Virus record (IMG/VR): IMGVR_UViG_3300036944_001289
Span: 1-64,000 of that record
Reading direction: 5' to 3' (one strand)
Length of the DNA: 64,000 nucleotides
Shown here: positions 29,773 to 39,543 of the stretch, piece by piece
How positions within the stretch are numbered: the stretch's first letter is position 1
Layout of the letters: each line of letters starts with the position of its first letter
The notes under the pieces: model-generated
Told to the model about the DNA's origin: nothing
Database searches by the model: none
The model's input: the letters and a program-made list of their open reading frames with translations, nothing else
Position numbers and translations under genes: made by a program

Positions 29773-30158
29773 CCGGTTATGATAAGTACTTTTGTACCAG
29801 ATACAAGTTTCCTATTTAAAGATGTGCTCTGAATAAAGATATCGTAATCTACGGTATGTAGTGGTGTTACTCTTGTAGTTTCTTCAGATATACCTAAAAG
29901 GGATCGAGCATATACACCTTGAAACACATCTTTAGTTTTTTTATTTTGAATAAAAATCTGCTTATGTTTTTGTATGATCTCTTGCTTAGTTAACATGTAA
30001 AAAGTGCTACCTTTTACATAAGGGTTACCTGTAACACTTGCAACAAAATCATCGATTCTAGATGTACAATTAACTAGTGTAACTATGTATTCATTAGGAG
30101 GTACAACCGTTAAACAGTCCTTAACTGCATCATCTGTAACTTTTTGCGTAAATCTCAT
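29769..30158 (-). CDS. hypothetical protein (domain often found C-terminal to phage vWA proteins)
   Basis: YVKG..FY.LTK.E.IQ..K...FIQSTS.NRKL..GT. Confidence 0.55.
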   Translation of the reverse strand: MRFTQKVTDDAVKDCLTVVPPNEYIVTLVNCTSRIDDFVASVTGNPYVKGSTFYMLTKQEIIQKHKQIFIQNKKTKDVFQGVYARSLLGISEETTRVTPLHTVDYDIFIQSTSLNRKLVSGTKVLIITG

Positions 30159-30439
30159 TTAGATTTCTTAGTAGCTTTAGTATTTAAAGAATCTATTTTT
30201 TCAAGAACAGCTACCACTCCAGTACTCTCTCGACTCTTAGAATTGCTTGTATCGATTTTAACTGCAAAATATTTTGCAAGATCTCGCATTTCATGAGCTT
30301 TTAACTCATTCTTACGATAGTCTATGTTGTAAACCACCATAGACTCTATCATACGTTTAAGTATGCGTTTAAATCCATGTGAGGCAAATCTTTTTTGTTT
30401 TGCGAAACTATTTTTTTCTTGTGAATTGTCTTTGTTCAT
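30155..30439 (-). CDS. hypothetical protein
   Basis: Coupled ORF. Confidence 0.5.
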   Translation of the reverse strand: MNKDNSQEKNSFAKQKRFASHGFKRILKRMIESMVVYNIDYRKNELKAHEMRDLAKYFAVKIDTSNSKSRESTGVVAVLEKIDSLNTKATKKSK

Positions 30440-30920
30440 AAATTTGAATAATTATTTAGCAGGCTCATTAATACAAGTAATCCAAAGATTGTATTTTTGT
30501 AATCCAATCTCTCCATTTTTCCTCTAAACGTGAGATCTATAGGTAGATTTGTTTTTTCTACTTTTAGAGAGACCACATTAAGTATATATCTTTTTTACTC
30601 ATATTGATATTTTATTTTCGTTCCAAAGCATATTTGCGTATTCGCGTGCATCCTGAGATGACCAACCTTCATCTATACATTTCTTCCATGTTTCAAATAC
30701 AAATCTCTTATAATCAGGGTCTAGAAATAGATATGTAGCAGGTTTATTTTCTTTTACCATAGCTTAAGATTTCTTCCATTATTTGCGATAATAAAAAAGC
30801 ATGTAATAATATGTACTAACCACCAGAACGTTCTGATAATAGCAGCAATATCTGCTTCTCTATCATCTTCGCTTATTTTATTACCCATTGTTTTAACCCA
30901 TATTATCCAAATGCGTTTTA

Positions 30921-31910
30921 TCATACCTTAGAAAGTATATTACTTCCTGAGCTAATATAATCAGCTGTTAGATCTTTGTCGGTGATTACATCCCAGAAGT
31001 TATTCTTGGCAGCGCGTCCAAGACCAAACTCAGATGATACAAACTGTGCACCAACGTTAACACCACTACCGCGTGTTGATTCATGAGTATAATAGTCTGT
31101 TACAGCGCTAAATGCATCAGCACAATTTTCACCACGATTACCAGCACCAGATGAGAATAGTTCAGTAAGACGATTTACCTTGTTCAAGAACTTTGTAGAG
31201 GGTTCTTTTTCAGGTGTTGTACGGTTCAACCAGCCAGTAAATAGATATTTTGCATCACGCTGTGTAAGTGGTTCAGCCATCAATCGTTCAAATTCAAGCT
31301 TGAAATTAGCTTGTGAGCCTAGATGAATATCAATAACCTCTTTAAAGTTTTCAATTCTTACTTCAATGTTACCTTTGTGAGGGATTCTGAGATTGATATC
31401 TCCAGATTTATTATTGAGATTTGCAGAGAATGTGTTATTGCATACCGTGCATATATTTGTATTATTTGCCCAGAGAACAGATGACTGGTCATGACCATTA
31501 CCAAAGTTTAAGTAGTCGTTAAACTCTCTGTTACCGATTTTATAAACTGATGTATCTTTTAGAGAGATAGATACAAATACCCTTCCTCGATTACAAACTG
31601 AACCCACCGATTCAATCTTTGCACCATCGATCTCTTTAAGCACATCTTTGATCATCTTCAAAAACTGCGTATTCGAGATAGGCTTATAAGTTTCTGCAAA
31701 CGGCTTACCGATAACTTTATTATCATCGGTTGCAGTCAGAATATAAAAATCGGTTTCAATACCATCACCAATGAATAGACGAGATGATTTAATCTCCCAT
31801 TCAGATAAAAAGCAATTATCAAGATCGATATGTTCTAATACTTGCGTCAGACCATGCCAAGCTTGCTTGATGCCTTGTTGTTTGTCTCGTTTTGTAATAT
31901 GGTGAGCCAT
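30921..31910 (-). CDS. DUF932/DUF945-family phage protein
   Basis: MAH...AWHGL, Y.PISN, GRVFVS, NGHD.S, VCNNT, AFSAVTDY..H. Confidence 0.8.
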   Translation of the reverse strand: MAHHITKRDKQQGIKQAWHGLTQVLEHIDLDNCFLSEWEIKSSRLFIGDGIETDFYILTATDDNKVIGKPFAETYKPISNTQFLKMIKDVLKEIDGAKIESVGSVCNRGRVFVSISLKDTSVYKIGNREFNDYLNFGNGHDQSSVLWANNTNICTVCNNTFSANLNNKSGDINLRIPHKGNIEVRIENFKEVIDIHLGSQANFKLEFERLMAEPLTQRDAKYLFTGWLNRTTPEKEPSTKFLNKVNRLTELFSSGAGNRGENCADAFSAVTDYYTHESTRGSGVNVGAQFVSSEFGLGRAAKNNFWDVITDKDLTADYISSGSNILSKV

Positions 31911-31965
31911 AATAATATGTTTGGTTGTAAAAACATATTATTAAAGTTCCCGCGATTTAAAAATA

Positions 31966-32211
31966 TTATAGCCAAACCCTACACGGTGTTGCTGGTGTAA
32001 TGGTGTATTGCTGAAATACTTCAGGTAGTTCTGAACCATCTATTATACGTAAATTAACATGCCACCCAACAACACCGTCGATGTTGCCGATAACATCAAA
32101 TGCATATTTATGATTGAAGCTTACACTTCCTACAGTGTCAAGGTTACTAATAGATTGTAATATACCAATAAATGTATCTTCTGAATTAAATTTTAGGCAA
32201 TAATCGTTCAT
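31966..32211 (-). CDS. Small tail-fibre-associated protein
   Basis: D..L.F...DVIG.I...GWHVNLR...P.TP.RVW motif, coupled to the upstream fibre-like gene. Confidence 0.6.
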   Translation of the reverse strand: MNDYCLKFNSEDTFIGILQSISNLDTVGSVSFNHKYAFDVIGNIDGVVGWHVNLRIIDGSELPEVFQQYTITPATPCRVWL

Positions 32212-34001
32212 GTTGAGATAATTTGAATGCTAGCGTTGGGTAAGCGGCGGTTGTAAAAACGGATACGAGCAATGGTGCCGCACAAATTGCTGGTGCCGAT
32301 CAAAAGCTCCGTGTTTACGTTTGTCGTCGGCGAAACTGAGCTAGTCGTAGCGGCAGTCGCATTGTATGATTGTGCATGCCCAGACACATCCCACGCAAAG
32401 GCATACGCCATGCTGGACGACTGCGGAACTGCCGCGCTAGATCCGATAAACACGCCACCTCGAAAAACCTGAGTTTGATAATTCAAAGTGCTGCCGCCAT
32501 TGAGTAAGCCCCAGCGTTCGGCGCTAGGGCCAAATCTAAAGACGGACTCAAAACGAGGCGACGAAGGAAACGGAATAGGTGGCGGGGCATAATTAACTGC
32601 TATGGTTCCAGCTGCCTGCTTAAACCATGATGAGAAGTTGGGGCCCGTAATCGTGGCCACGTCGGCGGCGCGGGTGGCTGATGCGGTGGTTGTAGCGATG
32701 TAAGAAGTTACGAACGACCCTGCTTCCGCGCCCGCTCCCCAAATAAAAAGGCCGCTAGTTCCGTCGCCCGTGTAACTGGTATTAGTTCCGGTGTCAACCA
32801 GCTTTAAGTATAGCGTTCCGGTTGCTGTTGCATTTGCTGTTGCGGTTAGAACGCAGCGATAAAACCCATTGGGTAGAGCACTAATGGACGCCGTTGCAGC
32901 CGCCCCCGTTGAAACAACCGTCCCAGCGTCCGCGTCAAAAACAGCAGAAGCCCCCGCTGGGAAGCTAAACGGAAGCTCCATTGAGACGCGTGATCGTTCA
33001 GCCTTCTTTATGAAAATAGAAAACGTGTATGCTTGCCCAGATGTTACATTTATTGCTCGGCTAATTTCATGGCTACCTGTTGACGTGTCCTCAACCAACT
33101 TGTCCGCCGTAACCACCCCGTCTGGTGCTGTTGTAGCATTTGCAGAAATCGACAACCTTGTTTTTGTCCAGTAGGCGTCACTAAACTCTTCGCTTCTGGC
33201 AAAAAGGTTTGTCCGCGCCTCCTCGATAAGCAGGCCTTGAGACGCAAGCGTAACGGGATTATGTGCAAATCGTGGGCCATACACAGCAGAGGTAGTTGTT
33301 ATTATATATGCAGTTGGTGATGTACCCCTTTGAATCTGTGCACCATAAAGTAAAACTCCCGACACCCCATTACCTGTATAAGAAGTGGTATCATTATTAA
33401 CAAGGAGTATGTTTACACTTGAAGCCAAAACAGTGGAAGTCCCGGTAACGGATACCCTCCACCAATCGTTTGAAAACTGCTGCACAGACGCACTACCAAT
33501 AACCGAGCTTAAAGCGCCCGTGCTTAGGTCTACGTTTACTCTTCCAAAGCTGCCATTAGTGGCGTTAAACAACAAAAGTTGGCAGCTAGTCCGCCCCGCA
33601 GCTTTAATAAAGATCGAAAAAGTTTGAACACCTATGGCGGTGTTTAGTGTCTGAAAAATTTGATGATTACCACTCGCGGTGTTTTCTACAAAACTATAGG
33701 CAGCAAGACCGTCGGTAGGATCTAAGACGGTAGTTGGTGTCGCAGTTCCGTTTAATGTAGCCCAAGGCGCGGTATTAAACTCCCCGCTTCGTGTTAGTAG
33801 ATTCTCAGGAGCCCACTCAACCAAACCTGCAGGGCCGATGTTTGTTGCTCCACTTGAGCGTGAGAATGTTACTCTAGGTTCTAACGTTTTTGTTAGAGCA
33901 AAATTTAAATCTAAAGAAAGATAGTCATCGTAACCAATACCACCATCGGTATTGTTAAAGCTTAGACCATTAAATCCCGGTACTGTAGGAAATATTCTCA
34001 T
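32208..34001 (-). CDS. Virion fibre/head-spike-like protein with repeated carbohydrate-binding modules
   Basis: FSRSSGAT, GLLIEEARTNL, two NLL..SEEF..W modules, TSYIATT...TRAAD; GC-rich core. Confidence 0.7.
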   Translation of the reverse strand: MRIFPTVPGFNGLSFNNTDGGIGYDDYLSLDLNFALTKTLEPRVTFSRSSGATNIGPAGLVEWAPENLLTRSGEFNTAPWATLNGTATPTTVLDPTDGLAAYSFVENTASGNHQIFQTLNTAIGVQTFSIFIKAAGRTSCQLLLFNATNGSFGRVNVDLSTGALSSVIGSASVQQFSNDWWRVSVTGTSTVLASSVNILLVNNDTTSYTGNGVSGVLLYGAQIQRGTSPTAYIITTTSAVYGPRFAHNPVTLASQGLLIEEARTNLFARSEEFSDAYWTKTRLSISANATTAPDGVVTADKLVEDTSTGSHEISRAINVTSGQAYTFSIFIKKAERSRVSMELPFSFPAGASAVFDADAGTVVSTGAAATASISALPNGFYRCVLTATANATATGTLYLKLVDTGTNTSYTGDGTSGLFIWGAGAEAGSFVTSYIATTTASATRAADVATITGPNFSSWFKQAAGTIAVNYAPPPIPFPSSPRFESVFRFGPSAERWGLLNGGSTLNYQTQVFRGGVFIGSSAAVPQSSSMAYAFAWDVSGHAQSYNATAATTSSVSPTTNVNTELLIGTSNLCGTIARIRFYNRRLPNASIQIIST

Positions 34002-34294
34002 CTCTGATTTAAATTACTATAATATGCAGTGCGACAATATATTGTACCTGAACCTGCTGTAGTTAATACACTTAATTGATCACTATTAGTAATACCTCTA
34101 AATACTACACCTTCAAGGCTACCTAAAAGAAAGGATCTACTAGCGTCAGTAGTATTAGCATCATATATAATAATATCTTGACCTGTTTTATTAGTTATAA
34201 GGATTTCACTACATTCAAAGCTAGACAGTTTCTTTAATGCTGTTGTTGCTATAAGATTAAATGAATAACAAAGGTTTAGATTTGTAAATGACAT
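33998..34294 (-). CDS. Late (probably virion) small protein
   Basis: TAAATA upstream. Confidence 0.55.
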   Translation of the reverse strand: MSFTNLNLCYSFNLIATTALKKLSSFECSEILITNKTGQDIIIYDANTTDASRSFLLGSLEGVVFRGITNSDQLSVLTTAGSGTIYCRTAYYSNLNQR

Positions 34295-34336
34295 GTTAAT
34301 ATTTATTCACTTGTAAGAAAACCCGCAATGTTAACT

Positions 34337-34951
34337 TTAAGTTGATACAGCCCAGGTACCTACACTAGCCGTAGGAGATGACCTAACTACATCATTTGTT
34401 GGTGTAATCTTAAAAGAGCCCACGCCTGCGCTTCCGACTAAGAAGGTTGCGGTATACCCGTAACCTTCAGAATATGTATTGATTGTACCTACGATGCTTT
34501 GTATTCTATTTGTAAAATCACTATCACTTACATCTCCAGGGTCAGCAATGTAATAATCTTCTGCACCTGGTACTGGTTCTATAGCGCCACTACCATCCCA
34601 ACCTAATGAAATTCCCCAAATTACCCCTGGTATACCAATTTCTAAAGTAAAGTATTGTTCAGTCATCCTAGTATCATTTCCAGCCTGAGCAAGTGTTACT
34701 GTGTATGTGTAAGATATAAGACTAGGCGGTGGTATCACTCTCTTATTAGAATCACCAGCGTTTAAATCTCCACCATGTTTTTCTAATAGATCATATTCTG
34801 CTCTTCTTTTTTCAAAAATAGTACGTTGCTCAGCTTCAAATTGTGCAGCAGCATCAAACGCTAACTTTTGTTGCAAACTACGTGGTATTGCTATTGTCTT
34901 TCCAGAAGAATAGTATGGTTGTCTTTGTAATTCTTTTAAATAGTGTTGCAT
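34337..34951 (-). CDS. Late protein, hypothetical
   Basis: TATAAATA upstream. Confidence 0.55.
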   Translation of the reverse strand: MQHYLKELQRQPYYSSGKTIAIPRSLQQKLAFDAAAQFEAEQRTIFEKRRAEYDLLEKHGGDLNAGDSNKRVIPPPSLISYTYTVTLAQAGNDTRMTEQYFTLEIGIPGVIWGISLGWDGSGAIEPVPGAEDYYIADPGDVSDSDFTNRIQSIVGTINTYSEGYGYTATFLVGSAGVGSFKITPTNDVVRSSPTASVGTWAVST

Positions 34952-34969
34952 TTGTAATAATAATAATAT

Positions 34970-35422
34970 TTATAGACCCACTCTTGTTATTGTTATTGGC
35001 ATAGGGTAACCACCAGAAGCAAGGAACCATTCATATACGTTCCATACATTTGATTCAGGACTATTTCCGTCCAGTGTCTGAGAATCTATTAAATCCCCTA
35101 TAGTCCAAAAACCTGGTCTCTCTTCTATAGGTGGATCTGGATAGAATCTCCAAAATATAGTTACAGTACCGTCGTTATTTTTATAAAAAGGTTTCTCATT
35201 GGTTAGACCACTTTGTAAGTAATATCTACCACTAAAATCTAGTCCATCATCAATATAAGCTCCTTTTACAAGCAAATAAGGGCGTGTATCTATATCTTTA
35301 TTAAGAGCTATCTTAAATTTTTTTAAACCACCTGGTGGTGTTGTTCTTCCTAGAGGTGGCGGTACACTCGATCCTTGTGTTCTAGGTACTATAGCCAGGC
35401 TCTGATTGTTAAACTTTACCAT
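34970..35422 (-). CDS. Late protein, hypothetical
   Basis: TAAATA upstream; G.Y...G..NEKPFY module shared with 45398-46021. Confidence 0.55.
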   Translation of the reverse strand: MVKFNNQSLAIVPRTQGSSVPPPLGRTTPPGGLKKFKIALNKDIDTRPYLLVKGAYIDDGLDFSGRYYLQSGLTNEKPFYKNNDGTVTIFWRFYPDPPIEERPGFWTIGDLIDSQTLDGNSPESNVWNVYEWFLASGGYPMPITITRVGL

Positions 35423-35440
35423 ATATGTTATTTACTATAT

Positions 35441-35986
35441 TTAGAACTTTTTCAAATAGATACTTGCCTGTTGTTTTTCTGTTAGTATTATTTGTTTTCC
35501 AGTCTGAGGTTCAAAAAATACTAAACCTTTATTAGTTAATGCAGCAACTATAGCATGATTATATTTTGCTGTTTTTGTTTCCTTTTCTGTAAACCATATT
35601 TCTGCTAAAGCGAGAGCTTGAGGTTTATTATTTCCCCATGTTATTTTAAAATATTCGATCTGTGCTCGAGCAATATAAGATGTTGCAAATTTGTTACAAT
35701 CAAATTTATCATCCCATTTTATAACATTCTGCGCAAATATTTCATCTCTCCATACTTCATAAAATTCAAATAACCAATCATAATTAACAACAGCGTAGTC
35801 TTTATCACCAGTAAAAGGAAATGATCCGCTGTTCTGAACTTTTGATAACAATTTCCATTGTGTATCTATAAAGTACGCAGGTATAGAGTCGTTTGTATAA
35901 GGTAAAGCATTAGTAGATTTCTTTGAGCATGAGCTTAAAGATATAACTAGTATGAGTAGAGTTATAAATGTAAGTAATTTCTTCAT
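35441..35986 (-). CDS. Lipoprotein with transglutaminase/cysteine-protease-like domain
   Basis: Lipobox LSSC; FDCNKFA, NHAI, FFEPQT (Cys-His-Glu). Confidence 0.65.
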   Translation of the reverse strand: MKKLLTFITLLILVISLSSCSKKSTNALPYTNDSIPAYFIDTQWKLLSKVQNSGSFPFTGDKDYAVVNYDWLFEFYEVWRDEIFAQNVIKWDDKFDCNKFATSYIARAQIEYFKITWGNNKPQALALAEIWFTEKETKTAKYNHAIVAALTNKGLVFFEPQTGKQIILTEKQQASIYLKKF

Positions 35987-36050
35987 ACGTATATTTAGTG
36001 GAACTTTAACCTAATAATACATATTATTAGTTATTTGATTAAATAATACT

Positions 36051-37478
36051 ATGGGATCATTTGATTCAAATGTAGTGGTAAATTATCAGACTTTAGAATA
36101 TAATAAGTTTATACAAATAACTAACAATACTCAATTCCCTCCTGTTTCTGTAGTACGATTTAGTTCGCCTGATACAGTAGGGGTACAACCAGTTAGTTCA
36201 ATGGATGTATATTCTAAATACGCTGTTCTGGTTAAAAATGTTGATAACACTACTGCAAATTATACCGGTAACTTGAATATGGCAAGTGATGCGTTTGGTC
36301 GTACAAGAACATCTAGTCCATTAACTCTTTTTGATTCATCATTTAGATATGGTGATAACAGTCTTTGGTCTAATCTTACAGGTGGTACTACATCGACATC
36401 TGCTTCTGCTCAATTTATTCAAGCTCAAGGATTAATAGAGTTAAGAGTCGATGCATTAAGTGGTTCAAAAATATATAGAGAGACAACAAAAGTATTTTCT
36501 TATCAACCGGGTAAGAGTCTTCAAATAATGAATTCATTTAGTTTCAATCAAGCTAAATCTAATTTAAGACAGCGCACTGGTTATTTTGGTAATGATAACG
36601 GTATATATCTAGAATTAGATGATAGTACGCTTTATATGGTTGAACGTAGCATTACAAGCGGTTCAGTTGTATCTAATCGTATATCACAATCACAATGGAA
36701 TGTAGATCGACTTGATGGTACAGGTCCATCAGGTATTATTTTAGATATTACTAAATCACAAATTTTGTTTGTAGATATAGAGTGGCTTGGTTTAGGTACA
36801 GTTAGAACAGGCTTTATTATAAATGGTCAGTTTATACCTTGTCACTATTTTCATCATGCTAACGTAATTGATGTCACTTATATAACTACAGCTTCACTAC
36901 CTCTTAGATATGAGATAGAAAATAAAGCTGCTACAGCAAGTCCTAGTAAATTGAAGCAAGTATGTAGCACAGTAATATCTGAAGGTGGTTACGAATTAAG
37001 AGGTTTACAACAATCTGTTGGTACATTAATAACCGCACCAAAGAGTCTTGTTACAGCAGGCACATACTATCCTGTAATAACCATAAGATTGAGACCAAGT
37101 AGATTAGATGCTATTGTCATTCTAACAGCAATATCGTTAATGGGTGATGGTACAGGTATTTATAGTTGGAAGGTTATTGCTAGTGGTGTTTCAGCAGGTG
37201 GTACCGGTACATGGATAGATGCAGGTGGTAGCTCTTCTGTACAGTATAAACTTGACGCCACTAGTATAACAGGTGGTAGGGTACTAGCATCTGGTTACTT
37301 TAGTTCTAACGCTCAAGGTTCTACAACAATAGATATATTGAAAGAAGCTTTATTTAAGTTCCAACTTGAGAGAAATAGTTTTACCGGTGAATCTTATGAA
37401 CTAACACTTGCTGTAACAGCAAGTACTGATGTTGAGGTTGTTTACGGTTCTGTTGATTGGGAAGAGGTAAGTAGATAA
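36051..37478 (+). CDS. Virion structural protein
   Basis: DAFGRTRTSSPLTLFDS, YQPGKS, WNVDRLDGTGPSG, EWLGLG.VR.GF motifs; TAAATA upstream. Confidence 0.75.
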   Translation: MGSFDSNVVVNYQTLEYNKFIQITNNTQFPPVSVVRFSSPDTVGVQPVSSMDVYSKYAVLVKNVDNTTANYTGNLNMASDAFGRTRTSSPLTLFDSSFRYGDNSLWSNLTGGTTSTSASAQFIQAQGLIELRVDALSGSKIYRETTKVFSYQPGKSLQIMNSFSFNQAKSNLRQRTGYFGNDNGIYLELDDSTLYMVERSITSGSVVSNRISQSQWNVDRLDGTGPSGIILDITKSQILFVDIEWLGLGTVRTGFIINGQFIPCHYFHHANVIDVTYITTASLPLRYEIENKAATASPSKLKQVCSTVISEGGYELRGLQQSVGTLITAPKSLVTAGTYYPVITIRLRPSRLDAIVILTAISLMGDGTGIYSWKVIASGVSAGGTGTWIDAGGSSSVQYKLDATSITGGRVLASGYFSSNAQGSTTIDILKEALFKFQLERNSFTGESYELTLAVTASTDVEVVYGSVDWEEVSR

Positions 37479-37491
37479 TTTATTCTTTGTT

Positions 37492-37568
37492 TGGTGCTCA
37501 GGGAGGGATTTGAACCCATCACTATTCGGCTTCTAAGACCGACGCCTCTACCGTTGGGCTACCTGAGC
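37492..37568 (-). tRNA. tRNA-Leu(UAG), short variable loop
   Basis: Cloverleaf, TCGGT-CT TAG AA-GCCGA, CCA encoded. Confidence 0.85.
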
Positions 37569-37697
37569 ATATCCGTTACTTATCGGGCGAACGGAACGAA
37601 GGCCATATCCGAAGCCATAAGGCTTGGAGGTTACGGTTACAGAAGGCGAACTGCTGGACTTGCCTTGTTGAGTCGAACTCAGCCATTACCGTCAAAT

Positions 37698-37773
37698 TGG
37701 TCAGGAGCCAGAGAATCAAACTCTGCCACCCAGGTTCACAGCCTAGTATGCTAATCACTACATCATCTCCTGA
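37698..37773 (-). tRNA. tRNA-His(GUG)
   Basis: CTAGG-CT GTG AA-CCTGG; U-1/A73 rather than G-1/C73. Confidence 0.8.
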
Positions 37774-37871
37774 TAAAAGCTTTCGGTAAGTTTCTTCCCC
37801 TATACGGCTGAAATTGAAGTCATTCAGTTGTTCCAAGGTTTACACCACCAGCTTCAATTCTGGTCCGAAAG

Positions 37872-37947
37872 TGGAGCACCAGGTCGGATTTGAACCGACA
37901 TGAATCAGGGTTGCAATCTGAGCCGTAGCCTTTCCGGTCACTGGTGC
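37872..37947 (-). tRNA. tRNA-Cys(GCA)
   Basis: TCAGA-TT GCA AC-CCTGA, U73, CCA. Confidence 0.85.
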
Positions 37948-38022
37948 ATATTCTTTCGGATTGCAATTCCATCCGCCGAACTCAACGGCAGCATGCCTTG
38001 GTGCCAGATGGCCGAAAGAAAG

Positions 38023-38101
38023 TGGTGGGGGCAACCGGAATGCGAGCCGGCATTTTACCTGTGAGAGAGGTATGTCCTTTACGTTTTTAGACGATGTCCC
38101 C
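38023..38101 (-). tRNA. tRNA-Glu(CUC), atypical T-loop
   Basis: TACCT-CT CTC AC-AGGTA, CCA. Confidence 0.75.
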
Positions 38102-38329
38102 ATAAATTGAGAACTTTTCAGTAGTATCGGTGATTAGACTTTCTGAAAAGAAAGAACAGACTTAAATCTAAAGATATACATCTTGGTTTCACCTACCATT
38201 GTTCTATTCTCAAATTTGTAGTTCGACCGACGGGATTCGCACCCGCGGGCAGACACTTTGCCAGCTTCTCTGCCTTACTAAACGGCGTCACGATCGAACA
38301 TACTCGAAGATAATTAGTCTTCGAGAAAG

Positions 38330-38405
38330 TGGTGTCCCGTGGAAGAGTCGAACTTCCATCGTTCGGTCCGTAGCCGAAGGTTCTGATCCATTGAACTAAC
38401 GAGAC
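38330..38405 (-). tRNA. tRNA-Arg(ACG)
   Basis: TTCGG-CT ACG GA-CCGAA, CCA. Confidence 0.9.
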
Positions 38406-38411
38406 ATAAAG

Positions 38412-38487
38412 TGGTGGAGAATACCGGCTTTGCTCCGGTCACCTATTGCTTGCAAAGCAATTGCTCTACTGAATGAGCTAACTCCCC
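38412..38487 (-). tRNA. tRNA-Ala(UGC)
   Basis: G3:U70, TTGC-TT TGC AA-GCAA, CCA. Confidence 0.88.
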
Positions 38488-38518
38488 AATAAACTCTCCC
38501 TGAATTATGCTTCAATGC

Positions 38519-38554
38519 TATAATGTAAGTAATTGCGCAATTACTTACATTATA
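38519..38554. repeat. Perfect 36-bp palindrome
   Basis: tataatgtaagtaattgc|gcaattacttacattata. Confidence 0.9.
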
Positions 38555-38588
38555 TTATGCATGAGAGGCACAGAGAGACTACTAAAAA

Positions 38589-38936
38589 TTATTGCTCTTT
38601 AAGCTTTCTATCAACATACGTTTTAAGATACTCTTTTAATTGAGATTTGTCTTGCCTTTTATCTCTCTCGATTATATTATCTATATATGTAAATAAAAAC
38701 TTTTGAGCTTCTTCTAAGCTACTTGTTGTAAACGTCTCACCATATGGCACGTTACGGAAATCATTAGATCCATTGACCAAAGGTAAGTACGTACCATCAT
38801 CTTTTTTTGTAACAGAGAGACGTCGACATTTATAATCTGGATACACCCAATTGAAAGGTTGTTGTTCTATATCAAGAACAACATGCCATTGATTTGGTTT
38901 ATCGAGTAAAGGACATCTGTATCTAGCTTTTCCCAT
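38589..38936 (-). CDS. hypothetical protein
   Basis: GGAAC-N5-TAAAAT motif upstream. Confidence 0.6.
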   Translation of the reverse strand: MGKARYRCPLLDKPNQWHVVLDIEQQPFNWVYPDYKCRRLSVTKKDDGTYLPLVNGSNDFRNVPYGETFTTSSLEEAQKFLFTYIDNIIERDKRQDKSQLKEYLKTYVDRKLKEQ

Positions 38937-38959
38937 ACCAAATTTTATTTTTGTTCCTT

Positions 38960-39148
38960 CTAACAGTGGTAATTAATAAATCTATTTGCTTGTTTCTTAG
39001 TAAGTGTGTCTCTACTTGAAGTAAAAGATCTTGCTTTAGAACAAGTTATCTTACCTTTACCAAAGCGTTTAGTTACCTTTGCTTTAAATCTTCCAGGATG
39101 TCTAGCTTTATGTATATTGGCTTCAAAAAATAAACTAAACGTGATCAT
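38960..39148 (-). CDS. Small basic protein, possible internal head protein
   Basis: MITFSLFFEA N-terminus; K/R-rich. Confidence 0.55.
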   Translation of the reverse strand: MITFSLFFEANIHKARHPGRFKAKVTKRFGKGKITCSKARSFTSSRDTLTKKQANRFINYHC

Positions 39149-39543
39149 TTTATTCTTAGACCTTCTGCTCTTAGAAATTTAAAGAAACTGGGTGCATCGT
39201 TTTCATATTTATCGTTAATTTCTATACTCATCTTATCTGTAGTCTTAGGGTTTGTACCTACTAATATCATCGTTATCTCTCTACTATCTTCAAAAGTATC
39301 TATAGCGTAAAATATGTTTAGAGGTTTTTCTTCTAGTTTTTTAATGATTGCTTGCTTTTTATCGTGTCTATTCAAACCGACAATACTTACTGTATCTTCT
39401 AAACTTTTACTAAAAAGACGTTGTATAGTGTTGTCGTAATCATCAGCCATCCAGAACATTATATAATAATCATCTGTTGTATCGTATCTTTTTGTAAACG
39501 CTATTTCAGTTAGATACTTTTCACTTATAATCTTGTCTTCCAT
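39145..39543 (-). CDS. Late protein, hypothetical
   Basis: TAAATA before MEDKIISE. Confidence 0.55.
   Translation of the reverse strand: MEDKIISEKYLTEIAFTKRYDTTDDYYIMFWMADDYDNTIQRLFSKSLEDTVSIVGLNRHDKKQAIIKKLEEKPLNIFYAIDTFEDSREITMILVGTNPKTTDKMSIEINDKYENDAPSFFKFLRAEGLRIK

Noticed and set aside
328-33627. Plus-strand ORFs antisense to minus-strand genes (e.g. 10577-10993, 14372-14674, 22230-22544)
   Set aside because: Antisense shadows with no RBS, promoter or motif support.
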